A stretch of DNA of 64,000 nt from an uncultured Ectothiorhodospiraceae bacterium (GTDB lineage Bacteria; Bacteroidota; Ignavibacteria; SZUA-365; GCA-2699105): NCBI GenBank assembly GCA_964408855.1, contig CAYPBB010000017.1:2148-66147 (forward strand). The letters run 5' to 3'. The translations under genes were made by a program, and so were the position numbers. Positions 10,854 to 21,066 of the stretch are shown here, in pieces; position 1 is the stretch's first letter, and every line of letters starts with the position of its first letter. The notes under the pieces were generated by a model, which was not told the DNA's origin, made no database searches, and saw only the letters and a program-made list of their open reading frames with translations.

Positions 10854-11759
10854 TCACGCACGCGGATGAGATTGAGCGTAGACCTTCTTGAGACGTTCGG
10901 TTGATACGTGCGCATAAATCTGTGTCGTCGATAAACTCTCGTGTCCAAGCATCTCCCGGATCGACTGCAAGTCGGCTCCGTTGTCGAGCAAATGCGTGGC
11001 GAATGAATGACGCAATACATGCGGACTCTGTTTTGACAGATCCCGCGCAAGCCGGAGATATTTATGGACTATCTGATAGACGCTTCGTGTGGAAATTCGT
11101 TTTCCACGTAGCGAAAGAAATACCGCGCCGGGTTCCGGCTGTACGCTGCTGCTTGCAAACGCCGCCGGAACAGCCCGGTAATACCGTTCCAGAGCCGAAA
11201 GCGCCGCTGACCCGATCGGAACGATGCGTTCCTTCCGCCTCTTCCCAAACACGCGGACGACCTTCGCTGCCGAATCGATATCGCCGCGGTTCAGTTGTAC
11301 CAGTTCCGTGAGACGAAGTCCGCAGGAATAAAAGATTTCGAGCACGGCGGCATCGCGCGCGCCGGCGAACGTTGCCGGGTCTGGGGCGCTGAACACCGCA
11401 TCGACTTCGCTCCGGGGAAGGACATCCGGAAGGCGCTTGCTGATCTTGATAGGCAATAATCGGGCGGCGGGGTTTTCCGATGCGAAACCGCATTTCATCA
11501 GGTAGGCGAAGAACGACTTTATTGCCGTGCGCTTCCGCGCAACGCTCCGGGTTGTCAGCCCGTTCTCGAGAAGCGTTCCGAGATAATACCGGATTGTCTG
11601 CTTGTCGAGACCGCGGACATCAGGTTCTTCGGCTCCGGAATACTCGCGAAGCCATTGTGCGAACTGCATCAGGTCGTTTCTGTAGGCGGCGACGGTATGC
11701 GGCGATGCATTTCGTTCCGCCTTGAGCCAGGTAACGAACCTCTCAATCGAGAGTACCAT
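10854..11759 (-). CDS. Tyrosine recombinase XerC/XerD
   Basis: N-terminal SAM-like domain 'HTVAAYRNDLMQFAQWL'. Catalytic 'HVLRHSFATHLL' and 'LGHESLSTTQIYAHV' (R..HxxR..Y). Confidence 0.85.
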   Translation of the reverse strand: MVLSIERFVTWLKAERNASPHTVAAYRNDLMQFAQWLREYSGAEEPDVRGLDKQTIRYYLGTLLENGLTTRSVARKRTAIKSFFAYLMKCGFASENPAARLLPIKISKRLPDVLPRSEVDAVFSAPDPATFAGARDAAVLEIFYSCGLRLTELVQLNRGDIDSAAKVVRVFGKRRKERIVPIGSAALSALERYYRAVPAAFASSSVQPEPGAVFLSLRGKRISTRSVYQIVHKYLRLARDLSKQSPHVLRHSFATHLLDNGADLQSIREMLGHESLSTTQIYAHVSTERLKKVYAQSHPRA

Positions 11760-11769
11760 GAGATTCCCC

Positions 11770-14019
11770 TCAAGCTACTGCCAGGGTCGCATCCAGAGGG
11801 CTCAAGTCGAGCGTGAACTCGTCCTTGCACTCCGGACATTTTAGATATTCGCCTTTCTTTTGAGAGTACTTGTGCGAAAGATAATCATTTTTACATGAAG
11901 GGCAAGGGGTCGGCACCGGCTTGTCCCACGAAACGAAATCGCATTCGGGATAACGCGAACAACCGTAGAACGTCCGCTTTGTTTTCGTGAACCGTTCGAC
12001 GATTTCGCCTTCCTTACACTTCGGACAGCCGATTCCCGTCGTGAACGGCTTGGTAAACTTGCACGAAGGATAATTGCTGCATCCGATGAACTTGCCATAG
12101 CGGCTTTGTTTCAGAACCAAATCGTTGCCGCATTCCGGGCACGGTTCGTCGATTTTCATCCGTTGCGCTTCGCCGGGGAGCGGCTTGGCGTTCTTGCATT
12201 CCGGATACCCCGAACATGCCATGAACTTGCCGTTCCTGCCCCAGCGTATAATCATAGGCTTGCCGCACTTGTCGCACATTTCCGATGTCTCTTCGACGAG
12301 CCTGGCATCGTCGGGCGACGATTTGGCGAGCAAATCCATGAACGGTCCGTAAAAATCGTTCATCACTTTCAGATAGGTCGCTTCGCCCGTCGCTATGGTA
12401 TCAAGCTCGTCTTCCATCTGTACGGTGAACGTCTCGCTGAACAGCGTGGCGAAGTAATTTTGGAGGATCTTGTTCACGTCGCGCCCAAGAACGGTCGCGA
12501 AGAGCTTCCTGTCTCTGCGCTCCACATACCCCCGTTCGAGAATCGTACTGACAATAAGCGCATAGGTACTCGGCCGGCCGATTCCCTTCGCTTCCAACTC
12601 GCGGACAAGACTGCTTTCCGTGTAGCGCGGAGGCGGTTTTGTAAAATGCTGGTGCGGATCGATGGAATGGATGTTCATCTGATCCTTCTCTTTCAGGTTC
12701 TCCGGAATGATCGCCTCTTCCTCGTTTTCATCCTGCGAGCCGTTCGCGTAGTCGTCGTACACCTGCAGGAAACCGCGGAACTTATACACCGAACCAACTG
12801 CCCGGAACGTATAGATACCGCCGTTCACAACGACGGTGGTCTGATCGAGCACCGCCGATTCCATCTGGCACGCCAAAAAGCGTTTCCAGATGAGTTCATA
12901 GAGGGCGTACTGCTCCTTCGTGAGATACTTCTTTACTTTATCGGGGTCGTATTCCATCGACGTCGGACGGATCGCTTCGTGCGCGTCCTGAGCGCTTGCC
13001 TTGGACTTGTAGACGCGCGGCGACGCAGGCAGATACTCGTTCCCGTATACCTTTCCGATGTACTCACGCACGGCTTCCACCGCTTCGTTGCTGATACGGG
13101 TGGAATCGGTACGCATATACGTGATGAGACCGACCGAACCTTCGGCGCCGAGTTCGATGCCTTCGTACAACTGCTGGGCAATCATCATCGTGCGTTTGGT
13201 GCCGAACTTCAGCCGGTTCGCGGCTTCCTGTTGCAACGTGCTCGTGATGAACGGCGCATTCGGTTTCCGGTTTACTTCCTTCTTTTGAACATCCGTTACG
13301 GCGTATTTCTGTTTGCGGATATCTTCCACAATCCCGAGCGCCGTCGTTTCGTCGGGTATTTCCGGATCGCTTCCGTTGATCTTTGCGAGTTTCGCATGCA
13401 GTTGCGCATTGCCGGGAGTGCGGAATTCGCCTGTCACCGACCAGTATTCCGTCACCTGAAACGCGTCGATCTCGTCTTCGCGGTCGCAGATGAATTTCAA
13501 TGCGACCGACTGAACCCGCCCGGCAGATAGTCCGCGGTAGATCGTTTTCCAGAGGAACGGACTCACCTTGTATCCAACGAGCCGGTCCAGAATGCGCCGC
13601 GCCTGCTGGGCGTCGACCATTTTCTCGTCGATAACGCGCGGTTGCGCCATCGCTTCCTGTATGCCCGTTTTCGTGATTTCGTTGAACAGAACCCGGTACA
13701 CAGCCTTGTTCGCGGTTTGTTTTTCGAGTTCGGACGCGATGTGCGCGGCAATGGCCTCGCCCTCGCGGTCGGGATCGGTCGCGATGTAGACATCTTTTGC
13801 CAGCGCGGCCTCTTTCTGGAGCTTCTTGATCACCTCGGCTTTTCCGCGAATGCGCACATACTTCGGCACAAAACCGTTTTCGACATCCACGCCGAGTTCC
13901 TTTGAAGGCAGATTCTTGATATGACCGACGGTTGCTTCAACCTTGAAGCTCTTTCCCAGGTATTTATTTATTGTTTTGGCTTTCGCCGGAGATTCGACAA
14001 TGATAAGTGATTTCGACAT
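11770..14019 (-). CDS. topA: DNA topoisomerase I
   Basis: TOPRIM 'MSKSLIIVESPAKAKTINKYLG'. Topo IA core, active-site Tyr region and C-terminal C4 zinc ribbons (CPECG..., CPKCKEGE...). Confidence 0.95.
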   Translation of the reverse strand: MSKSLIIVESPAKAKTINKYLGKSFKVEATVGHIKNLPSKELGVDVENGFVPKYVRIRGKAEVIKKLQKEAALAKDVYIATDPDREGEAIAAHIASELEKQTANKAVYRVLFNEITKTGIQEAMAQPRVIDEKMVDAQQARRILDRLVGYKVSPFLWKTIYRGLSAGRVQSVALKFICDREDEIDAFQVTEYWSVTGEFRTPGNAQLHAKLAKINGSDPEIPDETTALGIVEDIRKQKYAVTDVQKKEVNRKPNAPFITSTLQQEAANRLKFGTKRTMMIAQQLYEGIELGAEGSVGLITYMRTDSTRISNEAVEAVREYIGKVYGNEYLPASPRVYKSKASAQDAHEAIRPTSMEYDPDKVKKYLTKEQYALYELIWKRFLACQMESAVLDQTTVVVNGGIYTFRAVGSVYKFRGFLQVYDDYANGSQDENEEEAIIPENLKEKDQMNIHSIDPHQHFTKPPPRYTESSLVRELEAKGIGRPSTYALIVSTILERGYVERRDRKLFATVLGRDVNKILQNYFATLFSETFTVQMEDELDTIATGEATYLKVMNDFYGPFMDLLAKSSPDDARLVEETSEMCDKCGKPMIIRWGRNGKFMACSGYPECKNAKPLPGEAQRMKIDEPCPECGNDLVLKQSRYGKFIGCSNYPSCKFTKPFTTGIGCPKCKEGEIVERFTKTKRTFYGCSRYPECDFVSWDKPVPTPCPSCKNDYLSHKYSQKKGEYLKCPECKDEFTLDLSPLDATLAVA

Positions 14020-14142
14020 AATGCCTGTTTCGATTGAGCGGATATTCCTGATTGATGTTGGAACGAAACCGTGGTACCTGCGGCTGCGCCGAAGCGGGTT
14101 TCATTCCATGCCGGGGGTTGAGGTCCGAACCTGCCGGCCGGA

Positions 14143-14601
14143 CTAATGGATTGTATCGTTGCTGTTGAGCATCAACCTGCTGCCGATACGCTCCGAATCG
14201 TCGTAGTCGAACATTATCGAAGCTACAATGGTATTGATTTCCGAGATGCCGACCTTCCCAAAGCCCGCCATCATAATCCTGTCAATGGCGGTTTCCAGAT
14301 CCATATCGTCGAGCAGCCCGAGTTCCCGGAGCTGAATCAGATAGCCATGAGCGTCGGGAGTGAATACGGCGCGTTCGGTTTCGTGGAGAATCCGGTGCGA
14401 GTGGTGCATCCCGGTGCGGTCGCCGTTGAGAATACTCTCACCCATGTTGATTTTATCGAACATCCAACTGAAGGCGGTACTGATTTCGTTTTCGGTATAG
14501 CCCCTATCGGCTAACTGCCGGAGGTCGATTTCGCCGAGGCGTTTATCCTGGCGCATCTCGTTAATCAAAAACACTATTATTTCAACAATCTTCTCTTGCA
14601 T
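14143..14601 (-). CDS. smg: Smg family protein (DUF494), upstream of topA as in the enterobacterial smg-topA arrangement
   Basis: Start chosen at the internal 'MQEKIVEIIVFLINEM'. Segment-wise similarity to Smg ('DLRQLADRGYTENEISTAFSWM', 'YLIQLRELGLLDDMDLETAIDRIM'). Confidence 0.6.
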   Translation of the reverse strand: MQEKIVEIIVFLINEMRQDKRLGEIDLRQLADRGYTENEISTAFSWMFDKINMGESILNGDRTGMHHSHRILHETERAVFTPDAHGYLIQLRELGLLDDMDLETAIDRIMMAGFGKVGISEINTIVASIMFDYDDSERIGSRLMLNSNDTIH

Positions 14602-14671
14602 TTCTATCTCGGTCGTTCCATATCTACCCGGTCGCAGATACAACTTATAGAGGATGCCGGGGAATGTCAAG

Positions 14672-15106
14672 TCATCCTTTGAGTAGGTGTCGCTTTCGCA
14701 ACACTGAGAGATACCGGTCTTCCGCGAGCGTCATCTCCTGTTTTGCTTCGGGGGTCGTATCGTCGAAACCGCAAAGGTGCAGCGCGCCGTGAACCGCCAG
14801 CCGGGCTACTTCTTCACGGACGGACACCCGGTATTCCTGAGCCTGGAGCCGCGCAATTTCCAGTCCGATGTACAATTCCGCCTCGAGCGGATCCTCCTCA
14901 AGAAGGAATGAAATCACATCGGTCGGATAGTCGTGTCCCAGATACTGTTTATTTATGGATTGAATATCGCTATTCGACAGGAAAATGCAATTCACTTTCG
15001 CGTTTTTCCTGTGTTCTTTTTGCAGGACCGCTACCACCGCGGACTGAACCAGCGTTTTTCCAACCGGTCCGGCGGGTAAAGAGAAAAAAACCTCGACATC
15101 GATCAT
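14672..15106 (-). CDS. ybeY: rRNA maturation endoribonuclease YbeY
   Basis: Zn-binding 'HGALHLCGFDD' (H..H.....H) and 'DYPTDVISF'. Confidence 0.85.
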   Translation of the reverse strand: MIDVEVFFSLPAGPVGKTLVQSAVVAVLQKEHRKNAKVNCIFLSNSDIQSINKQYLGHDYPTDVISFLLEEDPLEAELYIGLEIARLQAQEYRVSVREEVARLAVHGALHLCGFDDTTPEAKQEMTLAEDRYLSVLRKRHLLKG

Positions 15107-15567
15107 TCGTTGGGAGCGCTTTCTGATTCGTCGAGATCGGGAAGCATGATTTCCGTCAGGGAGAGGGCGATACCGGAGAGCATCACTTCGGGACCGAGTT
15201 GGGTGAAATCGCCCGAAAGCATTTCCCGGTCGACGTTGCTGTACATCGAACAGCTTCCGCTTTTCTCCAGAATCAAACCGTTCACCTTTCCGCCGCTTTC
15301 ACCGACGAACGTTACCTCCTCCATCACCTCGCTTAACACGACACCGGAACAGTGCTGTAGTTGCAGGTTCGCATTCGGCGTATACACGGTGATCAACGCG
15401 CCTTCCTTCTTGCCGATGAGAATATTCGGGTAGATTTCGAGCGAAATCCGGTGACTTTCGTCCTCCCCTTTTAACTCCATACGATAGTAGTTGGCGTATT
15501 TCTTCGGTTCGACACCGAGAATGTTTCCTATTTTTTCGATATTTTCAGGAGATAATTGGAAGTCCAT
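15103..15567 (-). CDS. Hypothetical protein
   Basis: ORF in an operon-like position upstream of ybeY. Start set at the internal M (MDFQLSP). No recognisable motif. Confidence 0.35.
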   Translation of the reverse strand: MDFQLSPENIEKIGNILGVEPKKYANYYRMELKGEDESHRISLEIYPNILIGKKEGALITVYTPNANLQLQHCSGVVLSEVMEEVTFVGESGGKVNGLILEKSGSCSMYSNVDREMLSGDFTQLGPEVMLSGIALSLTEIMLPDLDESESAPNE

Positions 15568-15783
15568 GCGACGCCTGTTATCCTGATACGGTGAATATGT
15601 TCGGGTCAAGGATACAATCCTTCCCGTCAATATTCAACTTTTTCGGAAAAAATACACATCGGTTGTCCCGGATCGGCGGTGCAACACTACAATCAAAACA
15701 GATTTCATCGAAAATGACGCATTTTCGCCGAACAATGCGGAGCATTCCTTTGAATTAGTGAACATTCACGACATATCAGATTC

Positions 15784-17238
15784 ATGAACACGATGAACGA
15801 TTCAACGATACGCGTCCGTTTCGCGCCAAGCCCGACAGGCTATCTACACGTCGGCGGGCTTCGGACGGCGCTCTACAATTACCTCTTTGCAAAACACCAT
15901 CATGGCGTCTTTGTTCTTCGTATAGAAGATACCGACCGTTCCCGCTTTGTCGAAGGAGCCGCCGAAAACCTGCTCGAAACGCTCAAGTGGGTCGGGCTGC
16001 ACTACAGCGAAGGTCCGGATGCGGGAGGCGAATACGGTCCGTATATTCAATCGCAACGAACCGAGCTTTACCGGAAATACGCGTTCGAACTGCTCGAAAA
16101 CGGCTGGGCGTACCGATCGTTCACCACTCCCGAAGAACTGGCGCGCATGCGCGAAGGCGGCGCTCCGGACACCGAAACGCCGGATCCGGGACGCGATAGA
16201 GATCTTCGCGAAGATGAAATCCGCGATCGTTTATACCAGGGTCTGCCGTACACGATCCGTTTGAAAGTACCCCGCGCGGGCGAGGTTTCGTTCAGCGATC
16301 TGATCCGCGGCGAAATAACCATCGGTCATGACGCCATCGACGATCAAGTGCTCCTCAAGTCCGACGGCTTCCCCACCTATCACCTCGCAAACGTGATCGA
16401 CGATCACTTCATGGGAATCACTCATGTCATCCGGGGAGAGGAATGGCTCCCCTCGACGCCGAAACATATTCTATTATACCGCGCATTCGGCTGGGAACTA
16501 CCGCAATTCGCGCACTTGCCGTTGCTCCTCAATCCGGATAAAACAAAGCTCAGCAAGCGTCAGGGCGACGTTGCGGTGGAAGACTACCGAAAGAAGGGCT
16601 ACCTGCCCGAAGCGCTCCTCAATTTCGTTGCGCTTCTCGGCTGGGGTCCCACAGACGACCGTGAGCTGTTCACACTCGACGATTTGGTATCCGAGTTCTC
16701 GCTCGACCGCGTCGGAAAATCGGGGTCCGTTTTCGATATCCAGAAATTGAACTGGTTCAACGGTCAATACCTTCGGAACCTCCCGCTCGAACGCCGCACG
16801 GAACTCTGCTCGCCGCATCTCGCTGCCTCAGGATACATTTCCGCCGATCCGGAGACGGAATCCTCCATCGTCGATGCGCTTACAAAATACCTCACCTTCC
16901 CCGGCGATATCGTGGAGCACGCCGCCGTTTTCTTCGAAACCGATGCGGAACCTGAAGACGCTGAGGCGCGGCAGGCTCTTCTGGAACCAACGACGCCGCA
17001 GGTACTTGAGACGCTGCTCGACAGTGCCGGAAATCTCACTGACTGGAACCGGGATACGTTCAAGAATGCCATGAGCGAGGTCCAGAAAACGACCGGGGTA
17101 AAGGGAAAAAACCTCTTCATGCCGGTAAGAGTAGCGCTTACAGGAAGGAAGCACGGTCCGGATATCCCGGTTATCGCGGAAATATTCGGGAAGGACAAGT
17201 GTCTTGAACGACTGAGCAGACGCCTGCAGGGCAGATAG
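15784..17238 (+). CDS. gltX: Glutamate--tRNA ligase
   Basis: 'RFAPSPTGYLHVGGLRTALYNY' HIGH region, 'KLSKRQGD' KMSKS-like motif. Confidence 0.95.
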   Translation: MNTMNDSTIRVRFAPSPTGYLHVGGLRTALYNYLFAKHHHGVFVLRIEDTDRSRFVEGAAENLLETLKWVGLHYSEGPDAGGEYGPYIQSQRTELYRKYAFELLENGWAYRSFTTPEELARMREGGAPDTETPDPGRDRDLREDEIRDRLYQGLPYTIRLKVPRAGEVSFSDLIRGEITIGHDAIDDQVLLKSDGFPTYHLANVIDDHFMGITHVIRGEEWLPSTPKHILLYRAFGWELPQFAHLPLLLNPDKTKLSKRQGDVAVEDYRKKGYLPEALLNFVALLGWGPTDDRELFTLDDLVSEFSLDRVGKSGSVFDIQKLNWFNGQYLRNLPLERRTELCSPHLAASGYISADPETESSIVDALTKYLTFPGDIVEHAAVFFETDAEPEDAEARQALLEPTTPQVLETLLDSAGNLTDWNRDTFKNAMSEVQKTTGVKGKNLFMPVRVALTGRKHGPDIPVIAEIFGKDKCLERLSRRLQGR

Positions 17239-17244
17239 AAACCG

Positions 17245-18150
17245 ATGCCCGACGCTTCAGTAGCAGCCATTATCATTCATTATAATACGGATGAGTACAC
17301 AAATCATCTTATCGCGCAGCTATTGAAGTACTGCAGCAAGTCCCTTGCAGCGATTACGGTCGTCGACAACGGGTCCCGCATCCCCTTTAAGCCGGCGGCA
17401 GCCGACGAACGGCTTTTTATACTACGGATGAATGAGAACAAGGGATACGCCGCCGCCTGCAATGCCGGCGCGGCACACCATTCCGCCAGGTATTTCGCGT
17501 TTCTGAACAGCGACCTCGATTTCGATACGGACATCCTCTCGCCGCTGGTACATTTCATGGACGGCGACCGAGGCAGTGGAGCCGCCGGGCCGCGTCTGCT
17601 CTTTCCGGAGGGGAAATACCAGCTTTCGTATGGCTCCGATCCCGGCCTTCTCACCGAATTCAGGGAGAAAAAACGTCAGCGGCAATGCACTAACGGTAAA
17701 GGAGCGCTTTACGAAGAAAGAATTCGGGAGTCTTCTACACCGAAAAAGGTAGACTGGATAACCGGCGCGTTCATGCTTATCAGGCAGGAGGTATTCGAAA
17801 AGATCCAGGGATTCGACGAATCATACTTTTTTTATTTCGAAGATTCAGACATTTGCCGTAGAATCCGTCATGCAGGATTTTCAGTGAATTTCGTCCCATT
17901 TGCAACAATTATCCATTTCGGAGGGGGGTCGCAACCGGCTTTTAATCCGCCTGGAATTAGAGCCTACAGGCTCGGACAGATGCATTATTATAGAAAATAC
18001 AACGGTAGAATTTCTTTTTATTTGCTAAAAATCTATCTTTGTACAGTATTCGGCATCCGATCAATCCTGTCTGGTACGAATTTTGCTTTTTATAGACAAT
18101 TGTGTAGGTTACTCTGGACGATCCCATATACGCCGGTCCGGAGCCTTTAA
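17245..18150 (+). CDS. Glycosyltransferase family 2
   Basis: 'AAIIIHYNTDEYT...VVDNGS', 'DSDICRR' DxD-like region. 3' portion is AT-rich. Confidence 0.7.
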   Translation: MPDASVAAIIIHYNTDEYTNHLIAQLLKYCSKSLAAITVVDNGSRIPFKPAAADERLFILRMNENKGYAAACNAGAAHHSARYFAFLNSDLDFDTDILSPLVHFMDGDRGSGAAGPRLLFPEGKYQLSYGSDPGLLTEFREKKRQRQCTNGKGALYEERIRESSTPKKVDWITGAFMLIRQEVFEKIQGFDESYFFYFEDSDICRRIRHAGFSVNFVPFATIIHFGGGSQPAFNPPGIRAYRLGQMHYYRKYNGRISFYLLKIYLCTVFGIRSILSGTNFAFYRQLCRLLWTIPYTPVRSL

Positions 18151-18170
18151 GCAGAAGGTAGACGACGAAA

Positions 18171-18887
18171 ATGCCCGGAAAGAAGACATTCATCATCTAT
18201 AATCGCTTTTCATTCGTCGAGCCGACAGCCTCGCCGGTGTCGATCCCTTTAACGATCGACCAGCAGTCAGCGCTGTTCAAGGCAACTCTGCTCGATACGG
18301 TCCATCGTTTTCCCCCGATGAACAATGTTTCCGTGCGTATTCTCGCTGCCTCGCAGGGGGATTGTGCATTTATACAGAACCTGCTTCCCGATACAGACGT
18401 ACGATCATACCAGGGAGTCACTTTCGGCGACATGCTGAGCGCAGCGTCCGAAGAAGCGCTACAGGAAGGAGCGAAACATGTATTCCTTCTCGATTCTACC
18501 GTACCTACCGTCCCCATTCGAATCATTCAAAGCGCCCTTTCCCTGCTGGATGTTTTCGACGACGCCTTCGCCATCGCACCGACGGAACGCGGCGGCTTCT
18601 ATGCCGTCGGCATGAACGCCTACCATTCGAATGTCCTCCGGGATATTGACCCTATGACCAACGAGGGCTACGAACAGGTTATCAGCCGAATCTGCGAGTT
18701 CGATGCCAGCGTCTACATCCTCAACAGCTGGTACGATGTCCGTCAGATGGAGGATATCGTTCAGCTTCGCGGCGATGTATTCAATAGTTTTAACGATAAT
18801 AGCGGTCCCGATCACACAAAGCGCGAGTTGGAACACCTCCAATTGGAACATTTTCTCGAGCAGGGCGCCAAACCCGCCGTTCAATGA
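18171..18887 (+). CDS. Hypothetical protein, possibly DUF2064 / nucleotidyltransferase-like
   Basis: Weak resemblance only ('KATLLDTV'). Adjacent to the GT2 gene and overlaps nadD by 4 nt. Confidence 0.3.
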   Translation: MPGKKTFIIYNRFSFVEPTASPVSIPLTIDQQSALFKATLLDTVHRFPPMNNVSVRILAASQGDCAFIQNLLPDTDVRSYQGVTFGDMLSAASEEALQEGAKHVFLLDSTVPTVPIRIIQSALSLLDVFDDAFAIAPTERGGFYAVGMNAYHSNVLRDIDPMTNEGYEQVISRICEFDASVYILNSWYDVRQMEDIVQLRGDVFNSFNDNSGPDHTKRELEHLQLEHFLEQGAKPAVQ

Positions 18888-19462
18888 ACATCGGTATCTA
18901 CGGCGGTTCGTTCGATCCTCCCCACCTTGCACATCTGATCTTCGCCGAGTATGCCTGCGAGACACTTTCGCTGGATAAGGTATTGTTCGTGCCGGCATAC
19001 CGGTCTCCCTTCAAGGATTCAATACAGGGCAATTCCATCGCAATCCGTTGCGAACTTGTCCAGCTCGCCATCAACGACAATCCCCGGTTTGAATTAAGCC
19101 TTTTCGAAGCAGAACGCGGCGGGATTTCCTACACCGTCGATACGCTGCGGCACTTTGCCGAACTCTATCCCGGCGCCGCACTCACATTACTGATCGGCGG
19201 AGACGCATTCGCAGACCTCCCGCGCTGGAAAAATCCCGAAGAGATCATGAAACTCGCCCGGATCGGCGTTGCCATCCGTCCCGGCTCCGTCGCAACACTT
19301 GGAGGACTGCCGTATGAGGAGTTCGCGGATATCGTTCCAATGCCGCAAATGGATATCAGCGCGACGGAGATACGGGATAGGGTCAGAAATGGAAAATCCA
19401 TCCAATACCTGGTGCCCTGGCAGGTAAAGACCTTCATCGACTACAAAAACCTCTACAAGTAA
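18884..19462 (+). CDS. nadD: Nicotinate-nucleotide adenylyltransferase
   Basis: 'IGIYGGSFDPPHLAH' (H/T)xGH nucleotidyltransferase motif. Confidence 0.9.
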   Translation: MNIGIYGGSFDPPHLAHLIFAEYACETLSLDKVLFVPAYRSPFKDSIQGNSIAIRCELVQLAINDNPRFELSLFEAERGGISYTVDTLRHFAELYPGAALTLLIGGDAFADLPRWKNPEEIMKLARIGVAIRPGSVATLGGLPYEEFADIVPMPQMDISATEIRDRVRNGKSIQYLVPWQVKTFIDYKNLYK

Positions 19463-19566
19463 CCGCTCCCATCTCTTCTGCCGCCCACGATTCATGCTGT
19501 TTATTACCAGCGGTATTTCAGCGACTTACCCTGCGTTTTTTGTCCTGAGTTCCGCGCTCTCTATTT

Positions 19567-20991
19567 TTGTTCGACGTTTTGCGCCGGGAATCACCGGTAT
19601 GCGCGCGTCAATATCGCTCAAACAGGTACGGCATGTTCGGCAGGAAATCGCAGAATTCTCCCTCTTCTCAAAAGAAGCGTCGCTTCGCGCGGCTGTTCAC
19701 TGGTCTCGTCATTTTCACTCTTCTCTGGGCGCTCATCGCGACGTTGCTGCCGGGTATACCCGGTCCGAGAGATGCCGCGAAAGCGGCCATGCGCTGGATC
19801 AAACATCGTTCGGACGACGTGTATCATTACGCCAACAAATCCGAACTTGAAGAATCCGCCGAACGGGTACGCGCAATGGCCGAAGAACAACGGCCCGAGC
19901 CGGGCGAAGTCGCCGATTCGATTCGTGCCGGTAAATCCGGTAAACCGGCATCCGGAGCGCTTGCCGATTCCATCATGCAGGAAGAGTTGAAAGGACTTTC
20001 AACGAAACCGCCCGTCGGAGGGAAAGTCATCAATATCCTCGTTGCCGGACTGGATTCGAGAATCGGCGCGAAAGGCGCGCGCTCCGACGCGATTCATCTC
20101 TTCACGGTCAATCCCGATTCCGCTATCGTTGATATTACGAGCATTCCCCGCGGTACGTACGTGGATCTCGGGCATCACGATTCCACAGGACTCAACATTA
20201 TCACCTACTCGCGCATGCGCGGCACCGAGCGATTGCTCAGGGCTGTCGAGGAAGTTACCGGCAAGCGTCCGGTCAAATATTATGTCGAAGCTGGATTCAG
20301 TCAGGTTATGGGAATTCTCGAACTCCTCAAATACGAGGATCCGGTGGGTACGCTGCAATTCCTGCGGGCGCGCAAGTCCTTCTACACCGGCGATGTACAG
20401 CGATCGCATAATCAGGGAGTGTTCCTGCGCCAGGCGCTGATCGACAAATTCTCGATGCTGACCGGCGCGACGGGGGACGTGATTATCACGACAGGACTGA
20501 AATTCGTCTCCACGAATCTCACCAAAGATATCTGCAAGGGATTGGTATACGCGCTCGAACAGCGCGGCTTCCCGAATCACCGCGCCGACGCAGTGCGCGT
20601 GAAGATGTTATCGAAGTACAAGTTCCGTCTGCAGTCGATTCTTCCCGAACCGGAAACCATTCGTACCGTCGAAAAATGGGCCGAGCAACACGGCGAAGAG
20701 AACCGGAATCACGAACGGTATGTCGTATCCCGGCTGCGCAATATCAACCGGCTCGCGACGAAAGATTCAGCAGCCCCCGTGCGCATCGTTAACCGCCTCG
20801 ATCGTATCGCCGAACAACATGCATGGCTCCAGATACAGAATAAACAAGCCAGGTACGGAATCCGGGACACCATCATCGGATTGCTCGATTATGCGTACAC
20901 GAAAATGGGCAAGCGCGAAGACGCGGAGCGCATCCGCGACTTAAAACGCGCCGAGGATATGCTCTGGGACGCAACAGGCGCTAAGAAATAA
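19567..20991 (+). CDS. LytR-CpsA-Psr (LCP) family cell-envelope polymer transferase
   Basis: N-terminal TM, then 'INILVAGLDSRIG...RSDAIHLFTVNP' LCP core. Confidence 0.8.
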   Translation: MFDVLRRESPVCARQYRSNRYGMFGRKSQNSPSSQKKRRFARLFTGLVIFTLLWALIATLLPGIPGPRDAAKAAMRWIKHRSDDVYHYANKSELEESAERVRAMAEEQRPEPGEVADSIRAGKSGKPASGALADSIMQEELKGLSTKPPVGGKVINILVAGLDSRIGAKGARSDAIHLFTVNPDSAIVDITSIPRGTYVDLGHHDSTGLNIITYSRMRGTERLLRAVEEVTGKRPVKYYVEAGFSQVMGILELLKYEDPVGTLQFLRARKSFYTGDVQRSHNQGVFLRQALIDKFSMLTGATGDVIITTGLKFVSTNLTKDICKGLVYALEQRGFPNHRADAVRVKMLSKYKFRLQSILPEPETIRTVEKWAEQHGEENRNHERYVVSRLRNINRLATKDSAAPVRIVNRLDRIAEQHAWLQIQNKQARYGIRDTIIGLLDYAYTKMGKREDAERIRDLKRAEDMLWDATGAKK

Positions 20992-21066
20992 GTAACTTTG
21001 ATAACAGAGATGCACAAGAGCGGCGCATCGGCCGCTCTTGTCAGTACTATCAATACGTTGTTGGAG

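Noticed and set aside
12106-13530. 474-aa ORF on the plus strand
   Set aside because: It lies entirely antisense to topA, whose product has unambiguous motifs. High GC content produces long stop-free antisense frames. There are no motifs and the sequence is Arg-rich and low in complexity.
14019-14143. Possible tRNA-like segment or the ORF 13943-14146 between topA and smg
   Set aside because: No acceptor or T-arm structure could be folded by eye (no GGTTCGANTCC-type T-loop with a complementary stem). It is probably the promoter or leader of topA. The 67-aa ORF has no support.
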